From positions 7,822,629 to 7,886,489 of the forward strand of contig CM119265.1 in assembly GCA_051294375.1 (NCBI GenBank): a stretch of 63,861 nucleotides of DNA, written 5' to 3'. Below are positions 43,480-57,899 of this stretch, piece by piece. Position 1 is the stretch's first letter. Each line of letters starts with the position of its first letter. The notes below the pieces were generated by a model. That model was not told where the DNA came from. It ran no database searches and saw only the letters and a list, made by a program, of their open reading frames with translations. Made by a program: the position numbers and the translations under genes. This DNA comes from Paraspadella gotoi (Eukaryota > Animalia > Chaetognatha).

Positions 43480-43534
<55 letters not shown>

Positions 43535-45067
43535 GAAAGCGGTAATAAATCATTCCTCGTTGAGGCCAGAGAGGAGCTCGTGACCAGCACCAGATTTTCA
43601 TCTCTATGTGGTTCAAAAAGAAAAAGAAAAAGAAAGAAAAAAAATTGTCAAAATATTGTCTATCCTCAAATTTGAACAGAGGGCAAATGACGAATAAAAA
43701 ACAATTTAAATCCAAAATATTCTCTTTATTTCTCTCCCGAAAACTATTCTCACCCACATTTTTTTTTCCTTCTTTTTTTTCTCATGCAAAATAAAAACCG
43801 TTCTTTTATTTATATTTTTTTCTTTTTTTTTCACTTTTCGCGCGGCCAATTTCTCTTTCATATGCAGAGGCCTTTAAAAAGTGTTCCCTTTTCTCATGTT
43901 TTCATTACGGCCTCCTTTTCATTTCCTTCTCGTCTCACACTCTCGCGCCCATTTTTTTTCAATCTCGCTTCCTTTATCCTTCTAGATTTTTGTTTGTTTG
44001 GTCGCTCTTCCGCGGATATGGAACCTCTTTACATGTCTTTATCTCTCGTACCTTTCTAGAATGACTNNNNNNNNNNNNNNNNNNNNNNNNNNNNNNNNNN
44101 NNNNNNNNNNNNNNNNNNNNNNNNNNNNNNNNNNNNNNNNNNNNNNNNNNNNNNNNNNNNNNNNNNNNNNNNNNNNNNNNNNNNNNNNNNNNNNNNNNNN
44201 NNNNNNNNNNNNNNNNNNNNNNNNNNNNNNNNNNNNNNNNNNNNNNNNNNNNNNNNNNNNNNNNNNNNNNNNNCCGCCTCATTTCGCAGAGGCCCTTTTC
44301 AATTCCCTGCCTCCTTGATCAGTCCCTCTGCTCTCATTCGTTGTCTTTAGACTTTTCGTTTCGCCCGAACTTTCTTTTCTTTTCTCTCTTTTCCTTTTGA
44401 CTCTTTGCCTTTGACTTTATTCTCCTTTATTTCTTCCTTTTAAACCCTATGTATCTTTCTACCGTCTCTAATTTATTTTCCTTTTATTTCTTCTTCTCAA
44501 TCTTCTTTTTTTTTCCTTCCTCCTTCCTAAACTACTTTTTTTTCTTTCCTCCACCTCTCTGCCACAAATCTTCCCCTATACTTTTTTCCATCTCCAGTAA
44601 TCCTCCTTTTTTACTTTCCTCTAGACTCAACAATTTTTTTATTCTTTACTTTCCTCCATTTCTCCTCGAGAAATGTTCCTCTTTTACTTTCCTCCATTTC
44701 TCTTCGAGAAATCTTCTTCCTTTCCTTTCCTCCATTTCTCCTCGATAAATTTTCTCCTTTCCTTTCCTCCATTTCTCCTCGATAAATTTTTCTTCTTTCC
44801 TTTCCTCCATTTCTCCTCGAGAAATTTTTATTCTTTCCTTTCCTCCATTTCTCCTGGAGAAATCTTCTTCCTTTCCTTTCCTCCACCTCCCCCGCCACCA
44901 ATCTTCCTTCTTCGCTTCCTCCATTCCCTTTATCTCCTCAGGTTTTCAAAGGTCGACCCTGTCGATATAATTTGTGACTTAATGGCGCCGAAAAACGATC
45001 CGCCTTTGAAAATCTTAATAAATCTGAACCGGATTTTTTTCTTCAATTTCACTCTCCCACCTCTCTC

Positions 45068-45120
<53 letters not shown>

Positions 45121-46186
45121 CTCTCTCTCTCTCGTCGGTTCAGATTCAAAAGTCAAACGGCGCAATATGGGGTAGACGAGAAAATGGCTCCCTTCTCTCT
45201 CCTTCTCTTCTGTTTCTCTATCTCTCCATCTCTGTTTTTTTGTTTTTTTTACGCCCTTGCCTGTACTTTTCTATTTTCTCTTTCTTGGCTTTCTTTCTAT
45301 AGCTCCCTTTCCATTCAGACTTCCTCTGCTTCTCCCCCCTCCCCCTCTCCATTATCTCCTCTACCCTCCCTCCCACTAAACCCCGCTCACGCCGCGCCAG
45401 CGCCCTCGAGCGGAAAACGCAAAAACGTGGCGATCGAAAGTCGGCGCCGGATTATTTCGTCACGTTTTTTTTTTGGTTAGATTCAATAATCCGTACCTCC
45501 TCCCCAGTCCCACCTTTCTTTCCTCGACTTCCCTTTTTTTTTCCACTTACAGTTTCTTGTTTCATTTTATAAATAGATGTATTAAAGTTTTTTTTTTGAC
45601 TTGTTTTCTTTGTAAATCGCTCCTCGAAATTGTACCATTTTTTTTTTTCCGTGAATTCCAAAATTATTCTCCTTCAAAAGCGGAAATTGGTCATTTCGAC
45701 ACTATTGACAAATTAAAATCTAATTCTTATCAACCTTCCCTGGCTTTGAGCAAATTAGTTAAATAGTTTATCAAGACGTTGTCAACTCCAGTATTGGGAA
45801 TTGGACAACGACGACGACGAGACGTAGGACTTAGGCTTAGACCTTACGAAGAGGACGCGCCGTGATTATTTCTCCGTAGATAGAAAAAAAAATAAGGATT
45901 TCCGTTTATGACGAATCAACTCGCATTATATTCGATGATGAGTTTGAAAACAATCAGGGCGAAAACTTATACGACTGACGACGACGACGACGAGAATCCA
46001 GCGTAGACGACGATGAGACGACGACGAAACGACGATGACGACGACGACGGAAAACGACGACGACGAAAACCTTGCGAGACGACGAAGATTTATTCAAGAT
46101 CGCGATAATAAATCTTGTTCTCTCATTTTTTTCATCTTTTAAGTACGAGGCAGACGATGAAAATCTCTTTCACTCTTCTCTTTCTC

Positions 46187-46254
<68 letters not shown>

Positions 46255-47195
46255 TCTCTCTCTCTCATCGACTCACAATGGAATAAAAAAAAGCCAAATT
46301 TTTATCATAATTTTTTTTCATCTTTTCGTCGCCGCATAGAAATTCCTTCATTTATTCGTTTCCGCCATTTGTGATTTAACGTCGCAATTTCGTGACGTCA
46401 TTTTTCGATTCGCGATTCGTTCACCATTTTATTTTTTTTTGGGGGGGGGGGCAAAGGTTTTCACCCCTTTCGCGTACCCTCCCCCCATTTCTCTGCCATC
46501 GTGACCTTTCACCCCGGCGGTCTTCGCGATAAATTTCACCCCCAGAGTCACAGCCTCGCTTCCGGAACTTTTTCACCGGCGCGGCCATTTGAACTCGACT
46601 ATCGACCGTCAGGTCGTCTTTAAGTTTTGTCGTTTTTGTTATTTTCGTTTTTTTCTTTCGTTTTTCTCCGTTGGTTTTCACTTCAAAAGGAAAACCTTTT
46701 CCAATTTTAATCTTCTATCATAAGTCTCTCCTATTTCTGTTTCATTTCCCTATTTTCTATTTATTTTCTTTTGTTATTTTGTCTTCCTTAAATCTTTAAT
46801 TTCTCTTTTCATATTCTTAATACAGCTTTACCTTCAATCTTTCTCCTTCCCCTTCGTATTCTTCACTTCACAGTGGGCTTGTCTCAATGTCTCAGCTGCG
46901 TCACAGACTCCAAATCGTCCACCTTCGACCTTCCAACCTTTCGCGAATCCCATCTGACCTTAGCCTCCGCCTCACATTTCCCTCTGTCGCGTCCTGGGTC
47001 CCCAATTAATTATTTCACTCCGTCCTCAACCTTTCCCCTCCTCAACCTCAGGTGAAATCTCACACTCTTCTTTTCACCCACCACGTTGCCCACTCGCCAC
47101 CCGCACACTACCAGCGCATCCACGCCTCAGTAGTAATTTTCTTTCTCTCGTCGATTTTTTCCCTTCTACTTTTCCGCATCCTCTCTCCTCTCTCT

Positions 47196-47268
<73 letters not shown>

Positions 47269-48599
47269 CAAAAATCTCGACGACCAAACATGACGACGAC
47301 GAAAACGACGACTAAAAAACGTCTTTATCGTCGTCGTCCTCCGTCGTTCTTTATCCTCGAGGATCTCGAGGGTCGTGAGTCTCGCGTTGACCCTCTGGTT
47401 CCGACCCCGGGTCATCGACCTCCGGGTCGAGTTGATCTGGGGTCGAACTCGGGTCACCTATTGGTGCACCCTTTTGGATCTCGCGTCGCCCATTTTCGGA
47501 GCCAAATTTCGAAAAAGAAAATTTTTGGGGCGACGATTATGTTTACTGTGGAGTTTAAACCTTTGGATTCTCATCATTGACTGAACTTTGAAATTCGTTT
47601 TTAAAATAAAAACGAAAATAAGTAGAAGATGAAGGAAATAAAAAAAGGATTTAAAAATATTTTTTATTATTTTAAATTTTAAATTTTAAATTGTGTAACT
47701 ATTAATATTGCAATTTTCATAGTATATTTACGTTTGTCCATCGATATAGAATCGTGCCGTTCTTAATTTTTTTAAAACAAAATCAACGTTGAATTTTTTA
47801 ATTTTCCAATTCACGTGTCATCGTCTCCTTTCGTGAGGCGTGGTCGACGTCTTTTGTGAATTGAGGTCAGTGAGGTGATGATCCTCGACGCGTCAACAAA
47901 CCTCCTGTCAGAGGTCGGGGATTTGGCCTCCTCTTCCTCCTCCTTCCCTCCTCCTCCTCTCAGTTCGATAAGCGTTAGAAATCGATCACCACCCACCCCC
48001 CTCGCTACCCCCTAACCCCACTATCTCGCCCACTCAAGCCCGATGGGCGCTTCAAAAATCGCCACCTTCAGTCCATTCACGCTCCCTCGGTGGCCCACTT
48101 GTGATCTCTTACCAGAAATAGGTGTTACCCCTCTGGGATTATTCTTCGCTGTGACACGCCAGCTTCTTTAACAAGCCCCGCCCCCCATCCTCTCCTCACC
48201 CAATAATAACCCCCGGCCTGTCCCCCCACCTTTTTGCACCTTCATATATTTCTCGACCCACTCTCCCCCCCCCCATCTCTTTTCTCTCTGAATCTTGGAG
48301 CGCCGATTTCGATTCAAAGACTCTGAGCTCGATTTCGAGCCTGACGTGATTCGCCAGTCGGTTTGACAGACGTTATCGTGACCGAGCGCCACGGAGACGC
48401 TTATTGGTTGCGCCAAGATCGCATCGGGCTCTTTTTCTCTCGTCAACCGACGGCGGATCCCATATTGCCAACGCCCCATGTCAGTGATTCCACCAGTTAA
48501 CGCGTCTACGATCGCAGTCAGTTCCTTTCCGGCCGCCAGCATTTCGCTGAAAAATATTAGGGTAAAGAGTGAAAAAAGGATCAGATGATTTCATAACCT

Positions 48600-48656
<57 letters not shown>

Positions 48657-49829
48657 TCTCTCTTCTCTCTTCTTCTTTTTCACATAATTCTTCCATTCCT
48701 CGTTGTTTTCTTCAAAACATAACCTTCTTTCCCTAAACTATTGGCAGGTTTTGGATTTTTTTGGACCTGAACCCTAAAAGCGCGAAAAACATTAAGCAGC
48801 ATTTTTTTCACGCTGTGGACAGGATGTTTTGATCGGTCCCCGAAATGATTTGCACTTTTTCATGGCTCCGGAAATATTGGTTGGTAGAATTTGATTGCTT
48901 TCAAGCTTCCTTGTTTTTTTGGGGAATTGCAAATAAACATTCAATGAAAATTAATCTTGGCACATTATTCGGGTCCCCATAAAAAGATTTGTATTTATGA
49001 GCTCTGCACCCTGGAGACTCATTGATTTCCTTGGAAAGATTATTGAGACCCATTGCCCGTCAGTTTAATAGGAAGAGTCGATTCTCCAGGGACCCTCGTT
49101 TCCATGGTGACTGCGTCATTTTTTGTTCGCATCAACAGAAACGAACGAATCTCGGCGGCGGCGGCGGGGGCCGGCCTCCGGCGACGACTGCAGGCGACGG
49201 CTGCGGCGGCTGCGGCTGACGCGTATCGCTTCTTTTTTCTTCACTTCGGCAAATTTCCGTTTACTCAGTTTCTTCTCCCTTGATCTTCCTCATCTTCTGT
49301 ATTGTTTCGCGCGGAGATTCTTCCTTCACTTTTTCTCTTCCCTTTTTTTTCCTTTGCCCTCTTTCTCTTATTCCATTTTCTTTTACCTTTTTCGAGTCTC
49401 GGGAGATTGTTTATCCATTTTGTTTTCCTTTCTGTTGTCTATTAGATATTCCTTTACAAGATCCTTCATTCATTGCTTCAACATTGTCAAGGAGCAACGC
49501 TTTTCTTATTTCAAAACGAGGCCCGATAGTCTAAGTTTTTCTTACTCCCTTCATTTTCTCATTAACCTATCCTTCCTTTCCTTTTCCTTTTCCTTTCCTT
49601 TCTTCTGCTCCTTTCCTTTCCTTCCTCTACTTTCCTTCCTCTCCCGTTTCCTTCCCCTCATTTCACGCCCCCCAAAAAAATTTTGTGCCGGCAGGGAATG
49701 AAAAAATATCCTATATTTTGACAATTTTTTTTCTTTCTTTTTCTTTTCTTTTTTGAACCATAGAGAATGAAAATCTGGTGTGCACGAGCTCCTCATCTGG
49801 CCTCAACGAGGAATGATTTATTACGCTTT

Positions 49830-49899
<70 letters not shown>

Positions 49900-50513
49900 T
49901 CTCTCTCCTCTTCTCTCTCTTTTACTTCTCATCTCTCTCTCTCTTTCTTCTCTCTTTCTCTCTCTCTCTTTTCCGTGTCTATCCTCAATTTGAACAGAGG
50001 TGCCAAATGACGACATAAAAAACAATTTAAATACAAAAATATTCTCTTTATTATCTCTCCGAAAACTATTCTCACCCACATTTTATTTTTCTTCTTTTTC
50101 TTTTCATGCAAAATAAAATTATTATATTTTTATCCGGATCTTCATTCGAGGCCTTTAAGTGTCCTTATTTATTACCTCTTTTATTTCTTTCTATCTCGGC
50201 CCTTTTAATTCGCTTCCTATCATTGTGTTGTCCTTGCGGTTGGACACAGCTTCCGTACCTCTATGCTCCCTTCCTCCCTTCCTCTCTTCTCCTTCTCCCT
50301 TCCTCTTATCAAGCCTAAATGTTTTGCCCATTCCAGTTTCCATTTTCTCATTACTTCCCGTCAGCAATAAACGATTAACCCGCCTTTCGCAGAGTTAATC
50401 CGCTCCTGTGTCCCGCTCTTTCTGCTTAGACTGTTTCGTTACGCGCTCACTTTTCATTTCTTTCTCTCTTCCTCTTCACTTTGCCGCTTTTTCTCTTTAA
50501 TTTCTTCCTTTAA

Positions 50514-51215
50514 TCCTTCGTGATAATTGTTCATGTTAATGGGCTCTATCCCCAGCGGATTATGAACTCTTGGTATAGTCTTATTTCTTACTTTGTCGGA
50601 TAAGAAATAGTCACTTCCAAAAATTACTCTTCTCTCTACTTCTCGAAAACAAATCTACCTACTTACTGAAAATTCTGTCTGCCCTCTAACTACTCTCTTT
50701 AACTCTCTCTCTACCTTTATTCATTAAATATTTTTACTACTTTTTTTTACTGTACAGCATAATAGTAAGCTGAAAGCTTTACAAGACTAATTATATTTAA
50801 TTACTTAAACAGCACCTAATTCTTTTCAGAACAACGTCAAATTCCATTTTTATTCATTTCTCCCTTAGTTACATTAACTCTTCAATTACCTATTTATGCC
50901 CCAATTAATTTAGCAAAAGAACAGAATCTTCTTCTTTTGAATTTATACCGCTATTTCAGCAGTTTTAGCCTTTCTCCAATTCAAACGCCTCCTTAAGAGT
51001 AAAATCAGGTCGATACCAAATTTTATTCATTCCGTTTTGCTTATAAATTTTTCGTATAAGCACTTGTAGTCTTCCCTTTGAAAATTTTTACTTGAAAGAT
51101 TTTTTCTCATTTCTATTAGCTCGCGTTTGACGATCTTGCCTTTACTACTTTCGCCAATGAAAAAATTAATTCAGACACTTAAGTTAGTCACTATTTTATA
51201 TTACCCTTCTGTCCC
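50514..51215. mobile_element. Heavily corrupted reverse-complement copy of the same MITE
   Basis: Recognisable fragments (tttactgtaca, gctttacaagactaat, aatcaggtcgatacc, gtcccTTAAccct) in the expected order, inside a deletion-rich stretch. Confidence 0.55.
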
Positions 51216-51764
51216 TTAACCCTAATGTATCTTTCTCCGTCTCTAATTTATTTCAATTTTATTTCTTCTTCTCAATCTTTCTTTTTTTCCTTCCTTCTTC
51301 CTAACTACTTTTTTTTCTTTTCTCCACTCTCATGCCACAATTTGCCTATCCATCTCAGTTAATCCTCCTTTTTTACTTTCCTCTAGACTCAACAATTTTT
51401 TATTCTTTACTATTTCCTCCATTTCTCCTCGAGAAATGTTCCTCTTTACTTATCCTCCATTTCTTCGAGAAATCTTTTTCCTTTCCTTCTCTCCATTTCT
51501 CTCCGATAAATTTCCCTTTCCTTCTCCATTTCTCCTCATAAATTTTTCTTCTTTTCCTTTTCCTCCATTTCTCTCGAGGAAATTTTTCTTCCTTCCCATT
51601 TCTCTGGGAAATTCTTCTTCCTTTCCTTCTCCACCCTCCCCGCCACCAATCTTCCATTCTTCGCTTTCCTCCATTCCCTTTATCTCCTCAGGTTTTCAAA
51701 GGTCGACCCTGTCGATATAATTGTGACCTTAATGGCGCCGAAAAAACGGGCGTGTCAACGCTCG

Positions 51765-51833
<69 letters not shown>

Positions 51834-52229
51834 TTCTCTCCTCTAACACGCTTCGTTCGCTCCTATCCAACGCTTGGGCAAGTTTCTCCCCGAGTCTTTT
51901 AAGCCTGGCCCCCCCCCTCTCCCCCCGCTCCCTCCGCTTTTCTCAATCTTTTGTTCCTCTCGTCTACTTGTGGATTTTCCCACGCAGTGGAATAGGATGT
52001 TCACTTGTCTTTTACACTCTATTCTTTCAACTTACCTTTTTTTATCAGGAGTCATTTCTCTCCCTTTTCTGCTTCCCGGGCCGCGGATTACCTTACCCAG
52101 TCCGCCCCCTTTTTAACGATGAATATTTTTTTTCTTCTTTTTTTTTCCAAAAAAGAGGAGGATTCCTCAAATTTTCCCCTATTTTTTTCGGTCTTTTTCT
52201 TTTTTTTTTTTTTTTTTGCTAAAAGTTTG

Positions 52230-54206
52230 TTGATTAAAACTTTCTTCGTTGTGTTTTAGGTAATTGAAAATGAAGACAAGTCCTTGTTACAGCAGATCGA
52301 TTTATTTAAATGTAACAGACAGTTTCGGTTTTCATTTCAAGCCTTTCATCAGTGCTTTAGACAATTACAGTTTTTTATGGTTTTCAAATAAATTAACTTT
52401 GGAAGATAAGAGAGAGACGACGCGGACGAGAAGAGAGAAATAGGAGAGAGAGAATGAATGCGTCCAACAAAGTATGGAGGACCAGGACAAGTGTCGTGAA
52501 AGTGTAGGAGGACAGGGTTTAAGTTAGTAGAGAGAGAGAGAGGAGACTGGTTGAGGGAAAAGAAGATTAAATTTACCGTGATGAGGGAGGGAGACGAGAA
52601 GCAGGTCGTTAAATTTGTGAGATAATTAGAAAATGTTACACACAATGATAAGTTGTATAAATGACAGTTAAACCAGATAAATATAAATTAATTCAGATTA
52701 AATTAATTTGAATAAAGGAGGAGTTTAGATGAAATTGAAATAAATGATGTTGAGTAGGTAAGTGAGAAGTATAGAGAAAATAAGAAAAAGAAAAGCTTCA
52801 AAAAATGACATTTGGTTTGACCGAAAAGACAATCCACAGACCGAAAAACCTCAGGAGCGATCATGGGCGGCCTGTGCAGGGCGGGGAACCAAGCCTGCAA
52901 GCAGACATACGTGGGTGAGGCACAGTGAAGTCTCTGACAGATCGGTTCCAAAACAACACCACAAAACCTTACCGTGGACCTCACGTGGCACTTCCTGTCG
53001 CCTAGTAAGCAGATCATTCGGCAAATAATTGCATCTGTTTCAGAGAAAATGAAATGTCTTGTGCATTCCAGACCCAAACTGGTTCTAAGATGTATTAGAG
53101 AGGCGATTTAATCAAGCCTTCGAGCCGTCTCTGACAACCGTTATGATCGAGACGATTGACCTCCTCACTAGCTCATGATTCGCTTTATATAAAAGTGTGG
53201 TGGAGCGCCCTTCTCCACCACAAGCGCACGATGACTCTCCTGTCCCCACTCAACGGCCAGTGCGGAGACCTCCCGATACGCCAAGGGATAGTCCGATGCC
53301 TCATCCCTCTCCTGCAACAACCCAGTCCGACTCTTGGATCGGGCGCGCCCCACCCAAAAAGAACGGTTACAGGAGGAGGAGGGGAGTCTGTAAGTCCCGT
53401 TGCAAAAAAACAGGCGAAAAGACACCACGCCCGCCTCGCCAAACAGCGGCGACGAGGCGGTCGGCAGGTTATTAGGCTGAGAGATATTCGAGTTGCTATT
53501 TTGCCTCTTTCCGCCGTGGTCTCTACGAACCCGTCCGATGTCCACTCCACCACAATAGCCTCTAGCCTATGACAAACCAATGACCTGACCACATCTCAGC
53601 AGTCCCCATTTGTTGACCCGGGGGGCCAGCTCATATTTGACGCTTTTTCTTTTTACTTATTTTTCTTTATCTTTCACTTACCTATGCCCTCAACATCTTA
53701 TATTTCATTTCATCTAAACTTCATTCCTTATTTAATTAATTAGACTCCTGAATTTAATTTAAATATCTTTAGTTTGATTTACAGTCTTATTTATTAAATA
53801 TCATTGTTTGTACATTTTCTTAATGTAACTCTTCCTACCAAATTCGTTCAACCTCTGCTTCTTCTGTCTCTCTCTCACCTCAATGTACAACCACGCTCGA
53901 AATTCAGATTCTCTTTTTCCCTCACATTCTCCTCTCTCTTCTTTTCCTATAACTCTAAACCTGCTCTCACATCCCCTGTCCTGTCTCATAGTCTTTGTTG
54001 AGCCATTTCTTCTCTCTATTTTCTCTCTCTTCTCATCTCTCTTTCCTTCTTACTCCAAGTTCTACGATTTGGGAAAACTATGAAAACTGGAAATTGTTAC
54101 AAAGCATGCATCGATAGTGCTAATGAAGAGCCCGAACTTGTCTGTACATTAAAGAAAATCGATTATGTTGTAACAAGACTTTTGTCTTCATATTTCAAAA
54201 TTCGCT
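52230..54206 (+). mobile_element. About 2-kb insertion carrying a degenerate GIY-YIG endonuclease motif (Penelope-like retroelement fragment)
   Basis: Absent from three other copies of the site (18805-18820, 30900-30916, 40773-40789). Flanked by ctaaaagtttg (52219-52229) and ctaaagtttg (54207-54216). With frameshifts, 52812-52960 reads LV*PK/DNPQTEK/SGAIMGGLCRAGNQACKQTYVGEAQ*S/LTDRF/KQH, matching the Penelope pattern LVxPKD..SGxIY..C..C..YVGET.RSL..RF.xH. Confidence 0.5.
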
Positions 54207-54837
54207 CTAAAGTTTGAAAGCGAGGCTTTGCGAGGAAAATCGGCACGGCGAGCCCCNNNNNNNNNNNNNNNNNNNNNNNNNCACTTCGATGCGATTGAGA
54301 AAAAGGAAACTCGTTGCCAGGCAACGCCTCTAGGCACCACGCGGCGTCGACGCCCGCTGACGACGGACTTTAACGACATCTCCTGTCAAAAAAAAAAGGC
54401 GAGAGTTCAACCCGCCCGTCATCGCCTGCTGCTTACAAGATTCTTTTCATCTTCACAGTTTTAAAAAATTTTAATCACATTGAGCAGAGCTAATTAGTGT
54501 TTTCGAAGTTTGAACTCGAATTAAAATCGATCGAGAGTTGTGCTTATTTTCACCGGTTAGCAAAAGTCTTCTCTTGAATGCGAGACTTTTGGACACAATT
54601 ATCCTTGTCAACAATTTAGTATAACCGAAGGTAAGGTAAATATGTTAGATTCTAAAGCTTTAGTATCGACGTTTTCGTCGTCGCAATCGTCTTTGTTGTC
54701 GTCTTCTGCGTCGTCGTCGTCGTCGTCGTCGTCGTCATTGCAGTTAATCTTGTTTTTCTTGTTTTCGCTGAGGCAGGAACAGGTCGTCTCCCTCGAATAA
54801 TCACCAACTGATTAATTCACTCGATCACGCTCTCCCT

Positions 54838-54875
<38 letters not shown>

Positions 54876-55124
54876 AACACTCATCCAGTCACCTCCCCTC
54901 ATCCAAGCCGTTTCCCTTCCGTCCATTTCAAATCCCCGAGGTCCTTTTCCATTCTTCTTTTGAGAGAAGNNNNNNNNNNNNNNNNNNNNNNNNNNNNNNN
55001 NNNNNNNNNNNNNNNNNNNNNNNNNNNNNNNNNNNNNNNNNNNNNNNNNNNNNNNNNNNNNNNNNNNNNNNNNNNNNNNNNNNNNNNNNNNNNNNNNNNN
55101 NNNNNNNNNNNNNNNNNNNNNNNN

Positions 55125-55157
<33 letters not shown>

Positions 55158-57407
55158 TCTCTCCGCGCGAGCGCTATATTTCCCCGAATGGGCAGCAATT
55201 TTCTCGGATGGTTATGTTGACGAGGAAATACGGTCTAAAGGATGCGATGACGGAGGCTGACGACGACGGTAACGTCACTGTCTTCGTCGCTTCAATCATC
55301 AGTGTCATCATTGTCATCGACTTCGAAGCTTTCTTAGATGTCATTGATTTAGCTTTATTTTTCGTCGTCATTTTATTCCAACGCGGCGTCGCTAGGCATC
55401 CGAGTGACAAACGAGCGAGAAAAAAAAATCTCGACAAAAGAGCATCGAAGGCAAGAGTAGAGAATACGGGGCGTTATGGTTGACAATGTTCAATCTGAAC
55501 TTTGACTTTGTGAAATTATTAGTTATGATTATATTTAAAGCTTATGTTACTTTCGAAAAGATCTTACAGTTGAAGCGNNNNNNNNNNNNNNNNNNNNNNN
55601 NNNNNNNNNNNNNNNNNNNNNNNNNNNNNNNNNNNNNNNNNNNNNNNNNNNNNNNNNNNNNNNNNNNNNNNNNNNNNNNNNNNNNNNNNNNNNNNNNNNN
55701 NNNNNNNNNNNNNNNNNNNNNNNNNNNNNNNNNNNNNNNNNNNNNNNNNNNNNNNNNNNNNNNNNNNNNNNNNNNNNNNNNNNNNNNNNNNNNNNNNNNN
55801 NNNNNNNNNNNNNNNNNNNNNNNNNNNNNNNNNNNATGGGGGAGGGGTGTGAGAGAAGGAGAAAGGCTTGGTGAGGTTAGCGTAAATGGAATTCGTTCAG
55901 TCTAATATACATACATACATAAGCTTGCAGATCTTAACCCACCATAGCCTAACCCAAGTCAGAGGTAAGAAAACTTATTTATTAAATGAATTTATATATT
56001 TATATTTTCAATGGAAAGAGCGGACTCTGTGACTTTATTATCTCGCGGGTGAGTAATTAAAATTAGCTGATCGACCAAACTCTCCCAATCGACATGTCTC
56101 GACAAAGCTGGATCATGTCCTGGTGTCCTTGTTCCCATGCCACACTTATCTTTCGTCCTATTCGTCTTTGGCGATTCCTCTTTAGATTCCAAAACGTCTT
56201 CGGCCGTCTCCCGCACCCCCCCCACCGACAACGTCCACAAACTTATTTCCAATGTCCTCTCTTCCTCTTCCTCTTCTCCTCCAACTTTTTTTTCCGTCCT
56301 TCTTCTCGCGCCTCCCCTTTTCCTTTTCTGGAGTTCCTTCTTCCTCTCCCACTCCTCTTCTCCTCTTCCTCTTCCTCCCTCTCCCCTGCTCTTCTCCTCT
56401 TCTCACGATCGGTCGTCAGAAAAATTCCATTCTTTATAACTTTGGCCTCCCGACTCCAGTTTTTTTTTTCGGTCTGGACGATCGAATTCGCAGTTCGGGT
56501 TTCAAACTCGATTCCCTTTTGGTTGAGAAGAATCGCGGAGATTCGGCAATGGCGCTTTTCTTTTTTTCCTTTTTTTTCTTTAGTCCGGTTGGGGGTTCTT
56601 TCTTTTCCGATATCGTTTGCATATTTCTTTTCGTATTCAGATACATTCATACATCGGAATAGTTTTTTCCCCCCTAAATTCTTAAAAAGGAGGAGCAAAT
56701 TCCTGGTTTTAGTTTGTTAAAACCATCCACCATCCACCATCCATTTTGTAAACGGTTATTGCTCTAATTGTCGACGACGTCAATGCCGCTGCAGCCGCTG
56801 CATTCGCCGCCCCCGAGCCGTTGCCGCCGCCTGTCAACGTTGTACACCCTCTTCACCAACGGAGAATTTAATGTTGTTTATCGAAAGCAATTTGGGTCCG
56901 CGAATCTCAAGCTACCCTGCTTGGCTGCACATTTCCATTCTTTTTTACCCCCTTTTTGATATAGCTATTCTGCATTTTTTTTTATTCTTTGGTTTGGTTT
57001 ATTGTTTTTTCTTTAGGGTTAATATGAAAATGATTTTTAAACTATTTATGTTTAGGTCTCTCCAGATCATTACTCTTCCTCCATCTTCCACCCAAGATCA
57101 AGAAAAATTCCTTCGACTCTTTTGTATCCCTTTTCACCTTTGCCAATTTCTGGCCCAAGCTCTCTACTTTCATTTCCTCGCCACACACTACTCAGTAGAG
57201 TGGAGCACTGGGGAACATAAATTTGATTTGAGTGAACAAACAAGGATATTTAGACGTGAGATAGTATGATTAAGGAGTACAAAAAATATTTTGCTTATAT
57301 TGTTTGGGGAACAGTATCATTAATTACAATATATTTATAGTAATATCCTTATAAAATCATAAATTTTCAAAGTAAGAACCTTACAACCCTTCAAATTGTC
57401 TCGACAG

Positions 57408-57491
57408 GAGCCGACCTTCCCAGTCGACTCTCTCGAACCGCCGCGCCATCCAGGGCGGAAAATAAACTCAGCGAAATATGCAAACGATACT
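57408..57491 (+). CDS. Possible isolated internal exon, product unknown
   Basis: tgtctcgacag|GAGCCG...GATACT|gtaagt. Cross-copy consensus is roughly EPTFPVDSLEAAALRAANKLSKYANDT. Indels differ between copies (e.g. 15585-15666 minus), so the frame is uncertain. Confidence 0.25.
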
Positions 57492-57603
57492 GTAAGTAAT
57501 TTTTCTTGGGGAATCAAGAAAGTCAAACCCTGTTTCTTCCTTCTCTCTCTCTCTCTCTCTCTCTCTTCTACTCTCGTCTCCTACTCTCTTCCTCTCTCTC
57601 TCT

Positions 57604-57660
<57 letters not shown>

Positions 57661-57899
57661 GGCGCGGAGCGTACGGCGTTTAACCTCAATGAACTTAGGA
57701 GGCGCCGCCTCCTTTTCGTTCGCTGAAAAATCCCCTCTCATACGCCGCCTGGCGAGTGGGAGGCGGGGCGTGGCGCTCTCTATCTCTCTCTTTTCCTTTT
57801 TTTTTTTTGCCTCTCATATTCGCGCGAGAGAATTCATATTTATAACTCGCCTTTCGTTCCTTTTCTTCTCTCCATTTCTTTTATTCTGTTCCTCCTTTC

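Larger units (their letters stand above)
35917..43655. repeat. Redundant segment 3 (inverted)
   Basis: Direct repeat of 13970-21680 with scattered 1-nt indels. Confidence 0.9.
44998..54256. repeat. Redundant segment 4 (same orientation as the scaffold)
   Basis: 45155-47990 repeats 10780-13944, then continues without a gap into the reverse complement of 23350 down to about 18775. Confidence 0.88.

Noticed and set aside
50110-51230. Anciently diverged copy or localized hypermutation
   Set aside because: Deletion-biased corruption with abrupt edges inside an otherwise close copy looks like a low-quality stretch of a single read.
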